This document shows positions 46,757-57,037 of a stretch of 64,000 nucleotides of DNA, in pieces. Source of the stretch: Myxococcota bacterium (GTDB lineage Bacteria; Myxococcota_A; Polyangia; Polyangiales; Sandaracinaceae); the NCBI GenBank assembly GCA_036149055.1, contig JAYZQJ010000088.1:14680-78679 (forward strand). The letters are read 5' to 3'. Made by a program: the position numbers and the translations under genes. The notes below the pieces were generated by a model, which saw nothing but the letters and a program-made list of their open reading frames with translations, was not told where the DNA came from and did no database searches. The first letter of the stretch is position 1; each line of letters starts with the position of its first letter.

Positions 46757-49117
46757 GTGTCCCATCGCTCTCGGGTTCTCTTCGCCGCCTCGATCCTCGT
46801 GCTCGCCGCGCCGACCACCGCGTCGGCGTTCGAGCCGTTCGGTCTGCAGCTGCCGTGTCGCTCCTTCGCCACGAACTCCGTGGGGACCGAGCGGTATTGC
46901 ATCACCTGTCACGACAACGCCGACGGCGGCGGCGCCTGCGCGACCCCGCCGTGCCTCAACCCGTTCGGCACCGCGTTCAACATGAACGGCCGGCGCTGGG
47001 ACGAGACGCTGGCCGCCCTCGACTCGGACAGCGACGGCTACACCAACGGCGAGGAGCTCGGGGATCCCGCGGGCACCTGGCGGCCCGGCATGGCCGACCC
47101 CGGTCAGTGCGACTGCGCCACCCGCCCGGGCTTCGCGAGCTTCACCCCGGGCGACGCGGACTCCGACGGCGACACCTACTGCTGCGTCGGCACCGACACC
47201 AACGGCGACGGCGACTGCCTCGACGCGGGCGAGCACGACATGTCGTACGACTGCGACGAGATGAACGCGATGGTCAGCCCCGGCGCGGCGGAGATGTGCA
47301 CCAACGCCATCGACAACGACTGCGACGGCGCGGCCACGCTGCTCGACCCCGACTGCTCGATGGTCGTCGACCGGGACGGCGACGGCTACTGCCCGATGGG
47401 CGAGGACATGAATGGGGATCGGGACTGCACCGACCCCGGCGAGAACACCGCCGACGTCGACTGCGACGACGACGAGGTCACCGTCTCCCCCGCCGCCCGC
47501 GAGTTCTGCGTCGACGGGCTCGACAACGACTGCGACGGAGACATCGACACCGCCGACTCGGAGTGCACCAGCGACACCGACGCCGACATGGACGGCTTCT
47601 GCCCGATCGGCACCGACCTCAACGGGGACGGCGACTGCAACGATCCCGGCGAGGCGTCGGACGGCTTCGACTGCGACGACTCGGCCGCGGACGTGAACCC
47701 GGACGAGGTGGAGGTCTGCACCGACTTCCGCGACAACGACTGCGACGGCCTCGCCGACTTCCGCGACTCGGACGACTGCGGCGCCTTCTTCGACGCCGAC
47801 GGCGACGGGTACTGCCCCGGCGGCCGCGACGGCAACGGCAACGGCAACTGCGTCGATCCCGGCGAGGACGCCGAGCCCGGCGACTGCGACGACACGATGG
47901 CCTCCATCAACCCGGGGGCGATGGAGGTCTGCACCAACGGCGCGGTCGACGACGACTGCGACGGCGCGGCCTCGCTGCTGGACTCGGACTGCGCCGGTTA
48001 CATCGACAGCGACGGCGACTCGTTCTGCTTCGTCGGGCCCGACATGGATCGCGACGGGGTCTGCATCTCCACCGGCGAGCAGACCGGAGACGGCGACTGC
48101 GACGAGATGTCGGTGGCGATCAACCCGGCGGCCGCCGAGGACTGCACCGACGGCGTGGACAACGACTGCGACGGCAGCGTCGACGCGGGCGACCGGGGCG
48201 AGTGCGACGACTACCGCGACGTGGACGGCGACGGCTGGTGCATCGTCGGCGAGGACCTCAACGGCGACGGCGACTGCTCGGACGACCGAGAGCAGGGCCC
48301 GACCGGCGAGGCGCCTCCGGTGCGCGACGCGATGGGGCGCATCATCGATCCCGGCACCGAGGCGGACCCGACCCGCTACCCCGGCGCCCCCGAGAACTGC
48401 GTCGACGGGAAGGACAACGATCTCGACGGCGAGATCGACGAGGCGACGTTCTGCACGCGTGAGCTCGACGAGGACGGCGACGGATGGTGCCGCCTCGGGC
48501 AGGACATGAACGGCGACGGAGACTGCCTCGACGAGGGCGAGAACGTCGCCGCCTCGGACTGCAACGACCGCGACATGGAGATCCATCCGGACGCGATGGA
48601 GCGGTGCCGGGACTGGGTCGACGCCGACTGCGACGGCGCCTTCATGACCGTCGACGCCGACTGCCACTACCTGATCGACGAGGACGGCGACGGAGTCTGC
48701 GGGCAGGGCGTCGACGACAACCGGGACCGCGACTGCCTCGACGACGGCGAGGATCGCTTCGGCGTCGACTGCGACGAGACGATGACCACCGTCAACTCGC
48801 GCGCCCGCGAGCTCTGCGACGACGGCATCGACAACAACTGTGACGGCGCGATCGACTTCGCCGACCCGACCTGCGTGTGCGAGATGGACGCGCAGTGCGA
48901 CGACGGCGATCCTTGCACGACCGACACGTGCGGCGGCGGGGAGTGCAGTCACGCGCCGGCCTGCGTGGACGGCGGAATGAGCGACGGCGGCGTCACCCCG
49001 GTCAGCGAGGACTGCAACTGCTCGGCGGTCGGCGCGCGTCACCGCGGCGCGACGCCCTGGGCCCTCGCCGCGATCGCGCTCGCGACGTGGCTGCGGCGTC
49101 GCCGGCGAAAGGAGTGA
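46757..49117 (+). CDS. Surface protein with temptin-like N-domain, many MopE-like Cys/Asp metal-binding repeats and MYXO-CTERM-like anchor
   Basis: CITCH; NPFG..F....W...LA.LDSD.DG.TNGEELGDP; repeated DCDD....PGA.E.C.DG.DNDCDG; C-terminal CNCS+TM+RRRRR. Confidence 0.85.
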   Translation: MSHRSRVLFAASILVLAAPTTASAFEPFGLQLPCRSFATNSVGTERYCITCHDNADGGGACATPPCLNPFGTAFNMNGRRWDETLAALDSDSDGYTNGEELGDPAGTWRPGMADPGQCDCATRPGFASFTPGDADSDGDTYCCVGTDTNGDGDCLDAGEHDMSYDCDEMNAMVSPGAAEMCTNAIDNDCDGAATLLDPDCSMVVDRDGDGYCPMGEDMNGDRDCTDPGENTADVDCDDDEVTVSPAAREFCVDGLDNDCDGDIDTADSECTSDTDADMDGFCPIGTDLNGDGDCNDPGEASDGFDCDDSAADVNPDEVEVCTDFRDNDCDGLADFRDSDDCGAFFDADGDGYCPGGRDGNGNGNCVDPGEDAEPGDCDDTMASINPGAMEVCTNGAVDDDCDGAASLLDSDCAGYIDSDGDSFCFVGPDMDRDGVCISTGEQTGDGDCDEMSVAINPAAAEDCTDGVDNDCDGSVDAGDRGECDDYRDVDGDGWCIVGEDLNGDGDCSDDREQGPTGEAPPVRDAMGRIIDPGTEADPTRYPGAPENCVDGKDNDLDGEIDEATFCTRELDEDGDGWCRLGQDMNGDGDCLDEGENVAASDCNDRDMEIHPDAMERCRDWVDADCDGAFMTVDADCHYLIDEDGDGVCGQGVDDNRDRDCLDDGEDRFGVDCDETMTTVNSRARELCDDGIDNNCDGAIDFADPTCVCEMDAQCDDGDPCTTDTCGGGECSHAPACVDGGMSDGGVTPVSEDCNCSAVGARHRGATPWALAAIALATWLRRRRRKE

Positions 49118-49121
49118 GCGG

Positions 49122-49559
49122 ATGGCGTTGATCGAGTGCCCGGACTGCGAGCGCAAGGTCTCGGACCGCGCGGCGACCTGTCCGGACTGCGCGTGCCCGG
49201 TCGCCGAGGTGGTGGCCGAGCAGCGCGCGGCGCAGGCCCGCCTCGAGGCGGTGAAGAGCCGCGAGGTGACCGACGAGGAGACCGACTGCCCACCGTGCGA
49301 CGCGCGCGGCTTCATCGAGCACGACAGCGGCGCGACCTCGTGGTGCGCGGTCTGCGAGCACTCGGGGCGGGTCACCCTCTGCGTGGCCTCCGACGGCTAC
49401 TACGCGGTGGCGCGCTACGCGACCGAGCGCTTCGTCGAGGGCGAGCTCCACGCGGAGTCGTCCGGCGTCGTCTTCCACGTCGGGACGCGCAAGCCGCCCT
49501 TCAAGTACAAGGCGGCCGGCGAGCGTCACGCGGTGGAGCCCGAAGACATCCCCTGGTAG
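49122..49559 (+). CDS. Zinc-ribbon domain protein
   Basis: AAGGAG RBS; MALIECPDC..VSD.A..CPDC..P, second CPPC/CAVC pair. Confidence 0.8.
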   Translation: MALIECPDCERKVSDRAATCPDCACPVAEVVAEQRAAQARLEAVKSREVTDEETDCPPCDARGFIEHDSGATSWCAVCEHSGRVTLCVASDGYYAVARYATERFVEGELHAESSGVVFHVGTRKPPFKYKAAGERHAVEPEDIPW

Positions 49560-49563
49560 CGCC

Positions 49564-49872
49564 TCAGCGGCGCGCGCGAGCGCGGGGCTCTTCGGTCTCG
49601 CCGACGCAGATGCGGGCGTCCTCGCCGCGCGGGCAGCGGGGGCACGTGCCGAGGCGGACCTGCTGACAGGTCTCCCCCTGGCGGCACTCGCGGTCTTCCT
49701 CGCAGTAGCGCTCCACCGGCTCGGCCCACCAGCGCTCGCTCGAGGTCGGGACGCGCTGGCTGGGCTCCCAGTCGGGCGTGGTGCGGCGACGATCGGCGTC
49801 GTCTCCGCCGCACGCGAGCGCGAGCAGCGAGAGCAGGACCACGAGCAGGCTGACGAGTCGGGCGTTCTCCAT
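49564..49872 (-). CDS. Small Cys-rich lipoprotein
   Basis: GGAGG RBS; lipobox ALAC; C..D.EC..GETC...CPRC...C. Confidence 0.7.
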   Translation of the reverse strand: MENARLVSLLVVLLSLLALACGGDDADRRRTTPDWEPSQRVPTSSERWWAEPVERYCEEDRECRQGETCQQVRLGTCPRCPRGEDARICVGETEEPRARARR

Positions 49873-50057
49873 GAGCGTTCCTCCGGCCGGCGATCGAGAG
49901 CTACCACGAAAGGCCGGTCCCCTTCTCGCGCAATTGTCCCGAACGCACGCGCCACGTCGCAAGAAAAGCGTATCGCGTGGGATTTCTCATCCGTCCGTCG
50001 GTCTGGCACCATGGGCGCGTGCCCGGACGGCGGGCACGGTCATGAAAAGGAGAACGG

Positions 50058-50612
50058 ATGATGCGCATCACGCAATGGATGCTCGTGGCGCTGGCGGGCG
50101 CCCTGATGGCAGCCTGCAGCGCCGACGTCGCGGACAGCGGCGGATATCTGCGGGCGGTCGACGAGGACGCGATGACCTCGCAGACCCTCTACATGGTCCC
50201 GGAGGCGTCGGTCTATCCGATGACCGCCGCGGCGCTCGAGGCCGAGGGGCTGGCGGAGACCGACGCCATCCCGGTGCGCATCGAGATCCTCGACGACGTC
50301 GCCGTCGCCTGGTTCGCGCCCGCGGGTGAGGCGGTCATCAGCGTCGACTCGATCGTCGCCCTCTGGCGCGTCGTCGATCGTCAGCCGATCGCCGGCGAGG
50401 TCACGCCCGGCGAGCGCCCCGAGGTGATCGAGGCGCTGCCCTACGTGGAGGCCGAGGTCACGCTCACCCTCGACGCCGACGAGACCCACGAGGTCCAGAC
50501 GGTCGATCCGGGCGGCGCGGCCGCCACGATCGTGGACTTCTACGACCGCCTCGGCACCCCCGAGGAGTGGTGGATGCTCAACGTGCTCCGGAACCACCAC
50601 CCCGGCTGCTGA
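50058..50612 (+). CDS. Hypothetical lipoprotein
   Basis: AAGGAG RBS; lipobox MAAC. Confidence 0.75.
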   Translation: MMRITQWMLVALAGALMAACSADVADSGGYLRAVDEDAMTSQTLYMVPEASVYPMTAAALEAEGLAETDAIPVRIEILDDVAVAWFAPAGEAVISVDSIVALWRVVDRQPIAGEVTPGERPEVIEALPYVEAEVTLTLDADETHEVQTVDPGGAAATIVDFYDRLGTPEEWWMLNVLRNHHPGC

Positions 50613-50633
50613 AGACGGGCCGAAGCTCGTGTG

Positions 50634-50667
50634 GACGCGGCGTCTCCCTCCGTGGGGGCGCCGCGTC
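50634..50667. terminator. GC-rich hairpin between convergent genes
   Basis: gacgcggcgtctcc...gggggcgccgcgtc inverted repeat; no clear U tract. Confidence 0.45.
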
Positions 50668-50674
50668 TTCGCGT

Positions 50675-51202
50675 TCAGGGCCGCAGCTCGAATCGGTGGA
50701 GCGCGGTGTGGGTGGCGCCGCGCGCGCCGAGCTCGCTCCGGTAGAGCGTCACCGCGTCCCAGCGCTCCAGCGGCGTCTCCGCCCCGGCGTTCGCGCGCAG
50801 ATAAGGCGCGAGACCCTCGGGGCGCTTCAGGCGCGCGAGCGTCACGTGGGGCGCGAAGGGGCGATCGGCGGCCGGGAGGCCGGCGCGCTGCACGGCCGCC
50901 TCGACGTCGGCGGCGAGCGCGACGACGTCCTCGATCGGCTCGAGCGCGCCCCACAGGACCCGGCGCCCGAACGTGCCGAGGCCGCGCACGCGCATCGTCA
51001 GCGGCGCGCGATCCCGGAGCGCGCGCGACACCTCTCCCGCGAGGGCGTCCACGATCGCGGCGTCCTGCTCGCCGAGGAAGCGGATCGTCAGGTGCAGCTG
51101 CTCCGCCTTCACCCACCGGGCGCCTCGGAGTGCATCGTCGCGCAAACGCGCCAGAATGGCTCTCGTTTCGCGAGGTACGGTCATGGCGAGGAAGAGCCTC
51201 AT
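50675..51202 (-). CDS. thpR: RNA 2',3'-cyclic phosphodiesterase (2H family, LigT)
   Basis: MRLFLA, two HxT motifs (LHLTIRFLG, PHVTLAR), LYRSEL...GA.H. Confidence 0.93.
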   Translation of the reverse strand: MRLFLAMTVPRETRAILARLRDDALRGARWVKAEQLHLTIRFLGEQDAAIVDALAGEVSRALRDRAPLTMRVRGLGTFGRRVLWGALEPIEDVVALAADVEAAVQRAGLPAADRPFAPHVTLARLKRPEGLAPYLRANAGAETPLERWDAVTLYRSELGARGATHTALHRFELRP

Positions 51203-51288
51203 CGAACACCGATCAGCATGGTGGAGCAGAAAGTCACGGCGATGTGGGGTTCAACCCGACCCGGTGTCTATGTGCATGAGGTAGACTG

Positions 51289-52404
<1,116 letters not shown>

Positions 52405-52599
52405 CCCAGTTCAGCATTTCGGAGGAGCGACCGGCGCGCTGGGCGCGGCGTCCCGCCGGCGAGGGCCGCGCAGTCATCTTCGCGGCGCGCTGCCAATTGT
52501 CGGCTCGACCCGACGACCCGTGACATCCACGCCACGGTCGGTGTGTCCCGCGGCACCCGAAGACGCGGACGCGTCGCGTCTGGCCTCGGAGAGGCGGGC

Positions 52600-52615
52600 T
52601 GGAACGGTGGTTGCA
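52600..52615 (+). promoter_or_regulatory. Putative sigma54 promoter of esterase gene
   Basis: TGGAACGGTGGTTGCA, a strong match to TGGCACG-N4-TTGCA. Confidence 0.6.
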
Positions 52616-52634
52616 AAATGCCTCGACTGCCTCG

Positions 52635-53459
52635 ATGCGGATGTTTCGCGCCCAGCTCAGACGCCTCCCCTTCATCGCCGCGCTCTTCGCGCTCGCGACC
52701 TCGTTCGGCCCGGCCGACGGGGACACGACGCTCCCGCTGCCCGAGTCCTCGCTCCGGCTCTCTCGCGGTTTCGCCGCCGGCCTCGAGTTCGTCGTCGCCG
52801 AGCCCCGCGACGTGCCCGAGGGCGCCGAGCTGCCGATGGTCGTGTACATCCACGGCCGGGGCGACGTGCCGCCGACCCCCACCGACTCGCCCTTCGGCGT
52901 CGACGCGCCGGTGCGTTGGATCTTCCCGCGCGCGCCCGAGCGCTACGGCGACGGCTACGCCTGGATGCCGGTGAGCGCGCACCGCGGCGAGAGTCGGGCG
53001 CTGACCGACGCGTTGACCGAGAACAGCCGCGTCCTGAGCGAGGCGATGGTGGAGTGGCGTCGTCGCTATCCGACCCGCGGGCTGCCGATGGTCGTCGGCT
53101 TCTCCCAGGGCGGCATGCTCGCGATGGAGCTCGCCGTGAGCCACGAGACGGCCATCAGCCACGCCTTCCCGGTGGCGGGCTGGCTCCCGCCGAGTCGCAT
53201 GCCGCGCCAGACCGCCGACCCCTACGCGGTGCACGTGAGCGTGCTCGCCCTGCACGGCGCCGCCGACCCCATCCTGTCGGCGGCGCGCACCGAGCGCGCC
53301 GTACGCGACCTGAGCGCGCTGGGCTACCCGATGCGCTTCGAGCTCTTCGACGGCGTCGAGCACGAGCTGAGCGAGGCGATGCGCGACCGACTCCGTGCGG
53401 CCCTCGAGGCGGCCCTCGAGGAGCTCCCCTCCACCGGGCGCGCTGCCGGGCATAGCTGA
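52635..53459 (+). CDS. Exported phospholipase/carboxylesterase (alpha/beta hydrolase)
   Basis: IHGRG, GFSQGG nucleophile elbow, HGAADP, GVEH; signal-like N-terminus. Confidence 0.88.
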   Translation: MRMFRAQLRRLPFIAALFALATSFGPADGDTTLPLPESSLRLSRGFAAGLEFVVAEPRDVPEGAELPMVVYIHGRGDVPPTPTDSPFGVDAPVRWIFPRAPERYGDGYAWMPVSAHRGESRALTDALTENSRVLSEAMVEWRRRYPTRGLPMVVGFSQGGMLAMELAVSHETAISHAFPVAGWLPPSRMPRQTADPYAVHVSVLALHGAADPILSAARTERAVRDLSALGYPMRFELFDGVEHELSEAMRDRLRAALEAALEELPSTGRAAGHS

Positions 53460-53745
53460 GTTTCCGGAGGGGCTTTCAGCCCCTCCCCCCGCTGCGCCGT
53501 CAGACCTGTCTCCGCTCCGGGTGCGTCCGCACCCTCCGCAGAGACAGGTCAGCCGGCTCCGCGGGGCCCCCCACCCAATTGCGCGGATTCTCGCTTCGCT
53601 CGAATCCGCGTGTCCCGCGCTCCGCGCGTGAGCCACGCGGCTCGCGCTCGCGCTTCGCGCGAGCTGGCCGCCCGCTGCCGCGGGATCGAACGGGGCGGAT
53701 GGCGCGTGCGGCGACCTCGCTGCGCTCGTCGCCTTCCGTCGCGTC
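53460..53745 (+). repeat. Structured multi-hairpin dispersed element, copy 1
   Basis: Nested hairpins; 5' hairpin and 3' ~105 nt homologous to 63621-63865. Confidence 0.75.
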
Positions 53746-53758
53746 GGCGCTGTGCCTT

Positions 53759-54300
53759 GGGGACGCTCGTCGTCATATCGTCATCGAGCGGTCGGGGACG
53801 CTCTTCGTCATACCGTCATCGAGCGGTCGGGGACGCTCTTCGTCATACCGTCATTCGAACCCGGGCGTTGGCGCAGGAGCGGTCGGGGACGCTCTTCGTC
53901 ACGCGCAGGAGCGGTCGGGGACGCTCTTCGTCATATCGTCATTCGAACCCGGGCGTCGGCGCTGGGCGGTTGGGGACGCTCTTCGTCATATCGTCATCCG
54001 AACCCGGGCGTCGGCGCTGGGCGGTTGGGGACGCTCTTCGTCAGATCGTCATTCGAACCCGGGCGCGTCCCGCGCAGATGGGGCGCACGTCGGCGCGGGG
54101 CGATCGCTCGAGGGGCCCGTGGCAAGGGTCGACGTGCGGCGAGTCGCCGTCCCGTCGCCTGCTCGTCCCTTTGCGGCCTTGCGGCTTGGCGAGAGCAAAT
54201 CGAGACGCGCCGCGGTCACACGGGAGCGTAGACGGGGGTGGTCGTCGGCGCAGGAGCGATTGGGGACGCTCTTCGTCATATCGTCATTCGAGCCCGGGCA
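53759..54300 (+). repeat. Irregular array of 8 GGGGACGCTCTTCGTCATATCGTCAT-type repeats
   Basis: Copies start at 53759, 53794, 53829, 53885, 53917, 53972, 54027 and 54262; the intervening sequences are themselves repeated. Confidence 0.9.
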
Positions 54301-54468
54301 GATGGCGGGCACGTCGGCGCGGGGCGATCGCTCGAGGGGCCCGTGGCGAGGGTCGACGTGCGGCGAGTCGCCGTCCCGTCGCCTGCTCGTCCCTCTGCGG
54401 CGTTGCGGCTTGGCGAGAGCAAGTCGAGACGCGCTGCGGTCACACGGGGGCGTAGACGGGGGTGGTCG
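54074..54468 (+). repeat. Direct duplication of ~170 bp including a REP-like motif and a gene 3' end
   Basis: About 54074-54244 versus 54298-54468, near-identical with scattered substitutions. Confidence 0.85.
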
Positions 54469-55079
54469 GCGGGGGATCGACGTCGAGGCGGCGGGCGTCG
54501 TCGGCCGCGCTGCCGACGAGGACGGCGTGACCGAGGCCGAGGAGGCAGGGGACCAGCGCGAGGGCGAGGGTCATGGCGCCCATCTCGAGCTCCACCAGCA
54601 TGATGAGCGCCATCGCGCCGAGGACCGCGAGGTGGTGCGCGATCGACCAGGTCGAGACGCGGCGAGCGACGCGGGCGGCGCCGGGGCGTGCCCGGAGGAG
54701 GGCGACGGCCGCGACGACGAGGCCCACCGCGAGCGCGAGGCCGTGGGAGGGACACCAGCGCGACCGGGACGCTCGTCGCGGCCGAGGCCTCTTCGCTCAG
54801 GATCCACGCGAGCAGCAGGCCGGCGGGCGCGAAGACGAGCGCGGTCAGCGTCGCCCAGATCAGCGCGAGCGTCGACGCGGCGGTGACCATGCCTGGCGTC
54901 GACGCGCTCCGGTCGGCCACCGTGACCGTCCCGCCTCGGTACGCTCCGTTGCCCACGTCCAGCCGCCTCGTCTTCGCCCAGCGATGTCGGTTGCGGTGCC
55001 CCAAGAGGACGACGACCGCCACGCTGAGCGCGGTGACCGCGAGACCGAAGACGGCGAGGGTGGCGACGAAGGTGTTCAT
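54440..55079 (-). pseudogene. Membrane protein interrupted by +1 frameshift (pseudogene or sequence error)
   Basis: MNTFVATLAVFG...VALVSL continues as HGLALAVGLVV...VYAPV* in another frame; one extra C in the run at 54745-54747. Confidence 0.7.
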
Positions 55080-55092
55080 GGCCGAATCACCG

Positions 55093-55108
55093 AGCCATCG
55101 CCGTGCCA
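55093..55108 (-). promoter_or_regulatory. Putative sigma54 promoter
   Basis: Minus strand TGGCACGGCGATGGCT; -12 C lies 15 nt before ATG 55079. Confidence 0.5.
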
Positions 55109-55195
55109 GGGGCCCCCGCTCCCGACCGGAGGCTCGGCCACCCCCTCGGCCGTCCCCGGATGTACACGGGGCGCTCGGCGACGGACATTGGATGC

Positions 55196-56962
55196 TCAGC
55201 CCGCGAGGCCTCGCACCTCCTCGAGCGCGTCCTCGAGCGCGTAGTCCACGGCGACGTCGTCGCGGGTGCGCAGAACGGGATCGAAGCGCACGAGAAAGCG
55301 GGTCAGCGCGTCCAGGATCGCGGCGCGCCCGGCGTCGGGGCGCGCTCTGGACTGCGCCTCGAGCCAGCGCTCGGGGCGGGCGACGGTCGCCGCCCCGTCG
55401 ACGAACAGCCAGGGAGAGATCACGAAGGCTTCGAGTCCCGGGAACAGCTCGGTGCGCTCTTCGGACGCGCGGTGGCGGAGTGGCTCGAAGTCGTCGGGGC
55501 AAGGGAGCCAGCCTCGTCCGCGCGTCGTGAGCCGGCGCCCGCGCAGCCACGCCTCGGTCGCTCGCTCGGACACCCGGAGGACCGGCTCTCGCACGAAGCG
55601 CGGCTGCTCGTCCCACTCCAGACCGCGGAAGATTCGCGCGAGGGCTGCGTGGACCTCGAGCGAGAGGACGAAGCTCTCGTCTCGGCCCGGGACCGTGAGC
55701 CCGTCTGGCGTCGAGGTGAGGTGCGGGGCGTCGGCGAGCTCTCCCAGGGTGGCCGTGCCGTCGAAGTCGGAGGAGCTCACACATCGTCGTCGCCACGATT
55801 CGCCGATCTCGACGCCCTGCTCGAAGAGGAACGCGGAGTACCAGGTCGCGAGGCGCGGCGCGTCCCCCCGCGCTTCGACCTTCTCGAGGGCCTCCGGGAG
55901 ATGCCGGAGCAGGGCGCGCCGCAATCGGCCTGCGATCTCGTCGTGGCCGACCGGCGTGAACGCGTCGCGGTCGAGGCGACAGAGCGTCCGGGCCTCACCG
56001 AACCACGCGGACCACGACCACGGGCCCTGTGGGGACACGGGCTGGATCGGGGCGCCGCGGTAGTGGGCGTGGAAGCTCTCGAAGCCCGAGAGGAAGGCGC
56101 TTCGCGTAGGGTCGGGCACGCCATCGTCGGTCTCCGGCAGCGTGAGCTCGATGAGGGTCTCCGGGTCCAGGACGCCTCGAGGCTCCGGTCGCGGCAGCGC
56201 CCGTCCGTCCAGCCGAACCGGCGCGCAGCAGGCCCGGGCCAGGTCGCGGAGCAGCTCTCGGGCCCGGTCGATCGCCGTGTCGAACGGCGCGTCGTCGAGC
56301 GGATCGAGGCCCGCTCGGCATCGGCCCCACCAGCGCGCGGCCTCGTCGTCGTCGGCTTCGAAGACCATCCGGAGCTCCACCCGGGTGCCGATCGCGCTCC
56401 GCGTCCCCGCCCGGGCGTTGACCCGCCCGCCCTCGGCCGTGCGCACCCGGAGCTCGACGGCGTCCCCGTCCAGGCTCCGGCTCGAGAGAAGCAGCTCGTC
56501 GGTCGCCATGAAGACGCTCTGCAGACCGATGCCGAACGCGCCCGACGGTCGCATCCACTCCGGCATCCGGGCGATGAGGCCTGCGCGCTTCGGGTTCTTG
56601 CGCGAGCTCCCGATGGTCTGGAGGTACGGGACATCCTCGCGCGCGATGCCGATGCCGCGATCCTCGATCACCACCTCGTAGACGCGACGCGCCGCGTCGG
56701 GGGCGCCTTCGGTCCGCGTCAGCGAGACGTCGATGGGATAGCGCTGCAGCAGAGCGCGCAGGTCCAGGAGGGATCGCTCGTGGGTCGGGAACGACTCCGG
56801 CCCGTGCTCCGCGAAGGCGCGCAGCAGGGTCGCGTCGACCGCGTTCTGGAGAAGCTCGCGGACGAAGGCGAACGGCGAGGCGTAGAGGTTGGCGCCTCGG
56901 GCGAGCTCCAGCAGAGACTCCCGGTCCACCTCGAGGGGCGCGTCCACGAGTTGCTCGTCCAT
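55196..56962 (-). CDS. Hsp90-like GHKL ATPase with uncharacterised C-terminal region
   Basis: NLYASPFAFVRELLQNAVDA, IEDRGIGI, IGSS, GAFGIGLQSVF, GTRVEL. Confidence 0.85.
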   Translation of the reverse strand: MDEQLVDAPLEVDRESLLELARGANLYASPFAFVRELLQNAVDATLLRAFAEHGPESFPTHERSLLDLRALLQRYPIDVSLTRTEGAPDAARRVYEVVIEDRGIGIAREDVPYLQTIGSSRKNPKRAGLIARMPEWMRPSGAFGIGLQSVFMATDELLLSSRSLDGDAVELRVRTAEGGRVNARAGTRSAIGTRVELRMVFEADDDEAARWWGRCRAGLDPLDDAPFDTAIDRARELLRDLARACCAPVRLDGRALPRPEPRGVLDPETLIELTLPETDDGVPDPTRSAFLSGFESFHAHYRGAPIQPVSPQGPWSWSAWFGEARTLCRLDRDAFTPVGHDEIAGRLRRALLRHLPEALEKVEARGDAPRLATWYSAFLFEQGVEIGESWRRRCVSSSDFDGTATLGELADAPHLTSTPDGLTVPGRDESFVLSLEVHAALARIFRGLEWDEQPRFVREPVLRVSERATEAWLRGRRLTTRGRGWLPCPDDFEPLRHRASEERTELFPGLEAFVISPWLFVDGAATVARPERWLEAQSRARPDAGRAAILDALTRFLVRFDPVLRTRDDVAVDYALEDALEEVRGLAG

Positions 56963-57037
56963 CGAAAGCAAGGTTACCGGAATCTCGCGAGGACGGGGCG
57001 GTTTCCCCATCGGACGGGCTGAGGCATGCTCCCGGCC

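Noticed and set aside
46721..49375. 884-aa Val/Ala-rich minus-strand ORF
   Set aside because: It is the mirror of the Asp/Cys repeat protein (GAC codons read as GTC).
50004..50019. sigma54 promoter TGGCACCATGGGCGCG upstream of the lipoprotein at 50058
   Set aside because: The -24 box is good but the -12 box is poor; not enough support to list as a feature.
53759..54300. CRISPR array
   Set aside because: Spacers are not unique, spacing is irregular (32-235 bp), there is no AT-rich leader and no cas genes are in the window.
53579..54603. ORFs spanning the repeat region (435, 281, 159 and 121 aa)
   Set aside because: Their translations simply reflect the DNA repeats in all frames, and repeat spacings are mostly not multiples of three.
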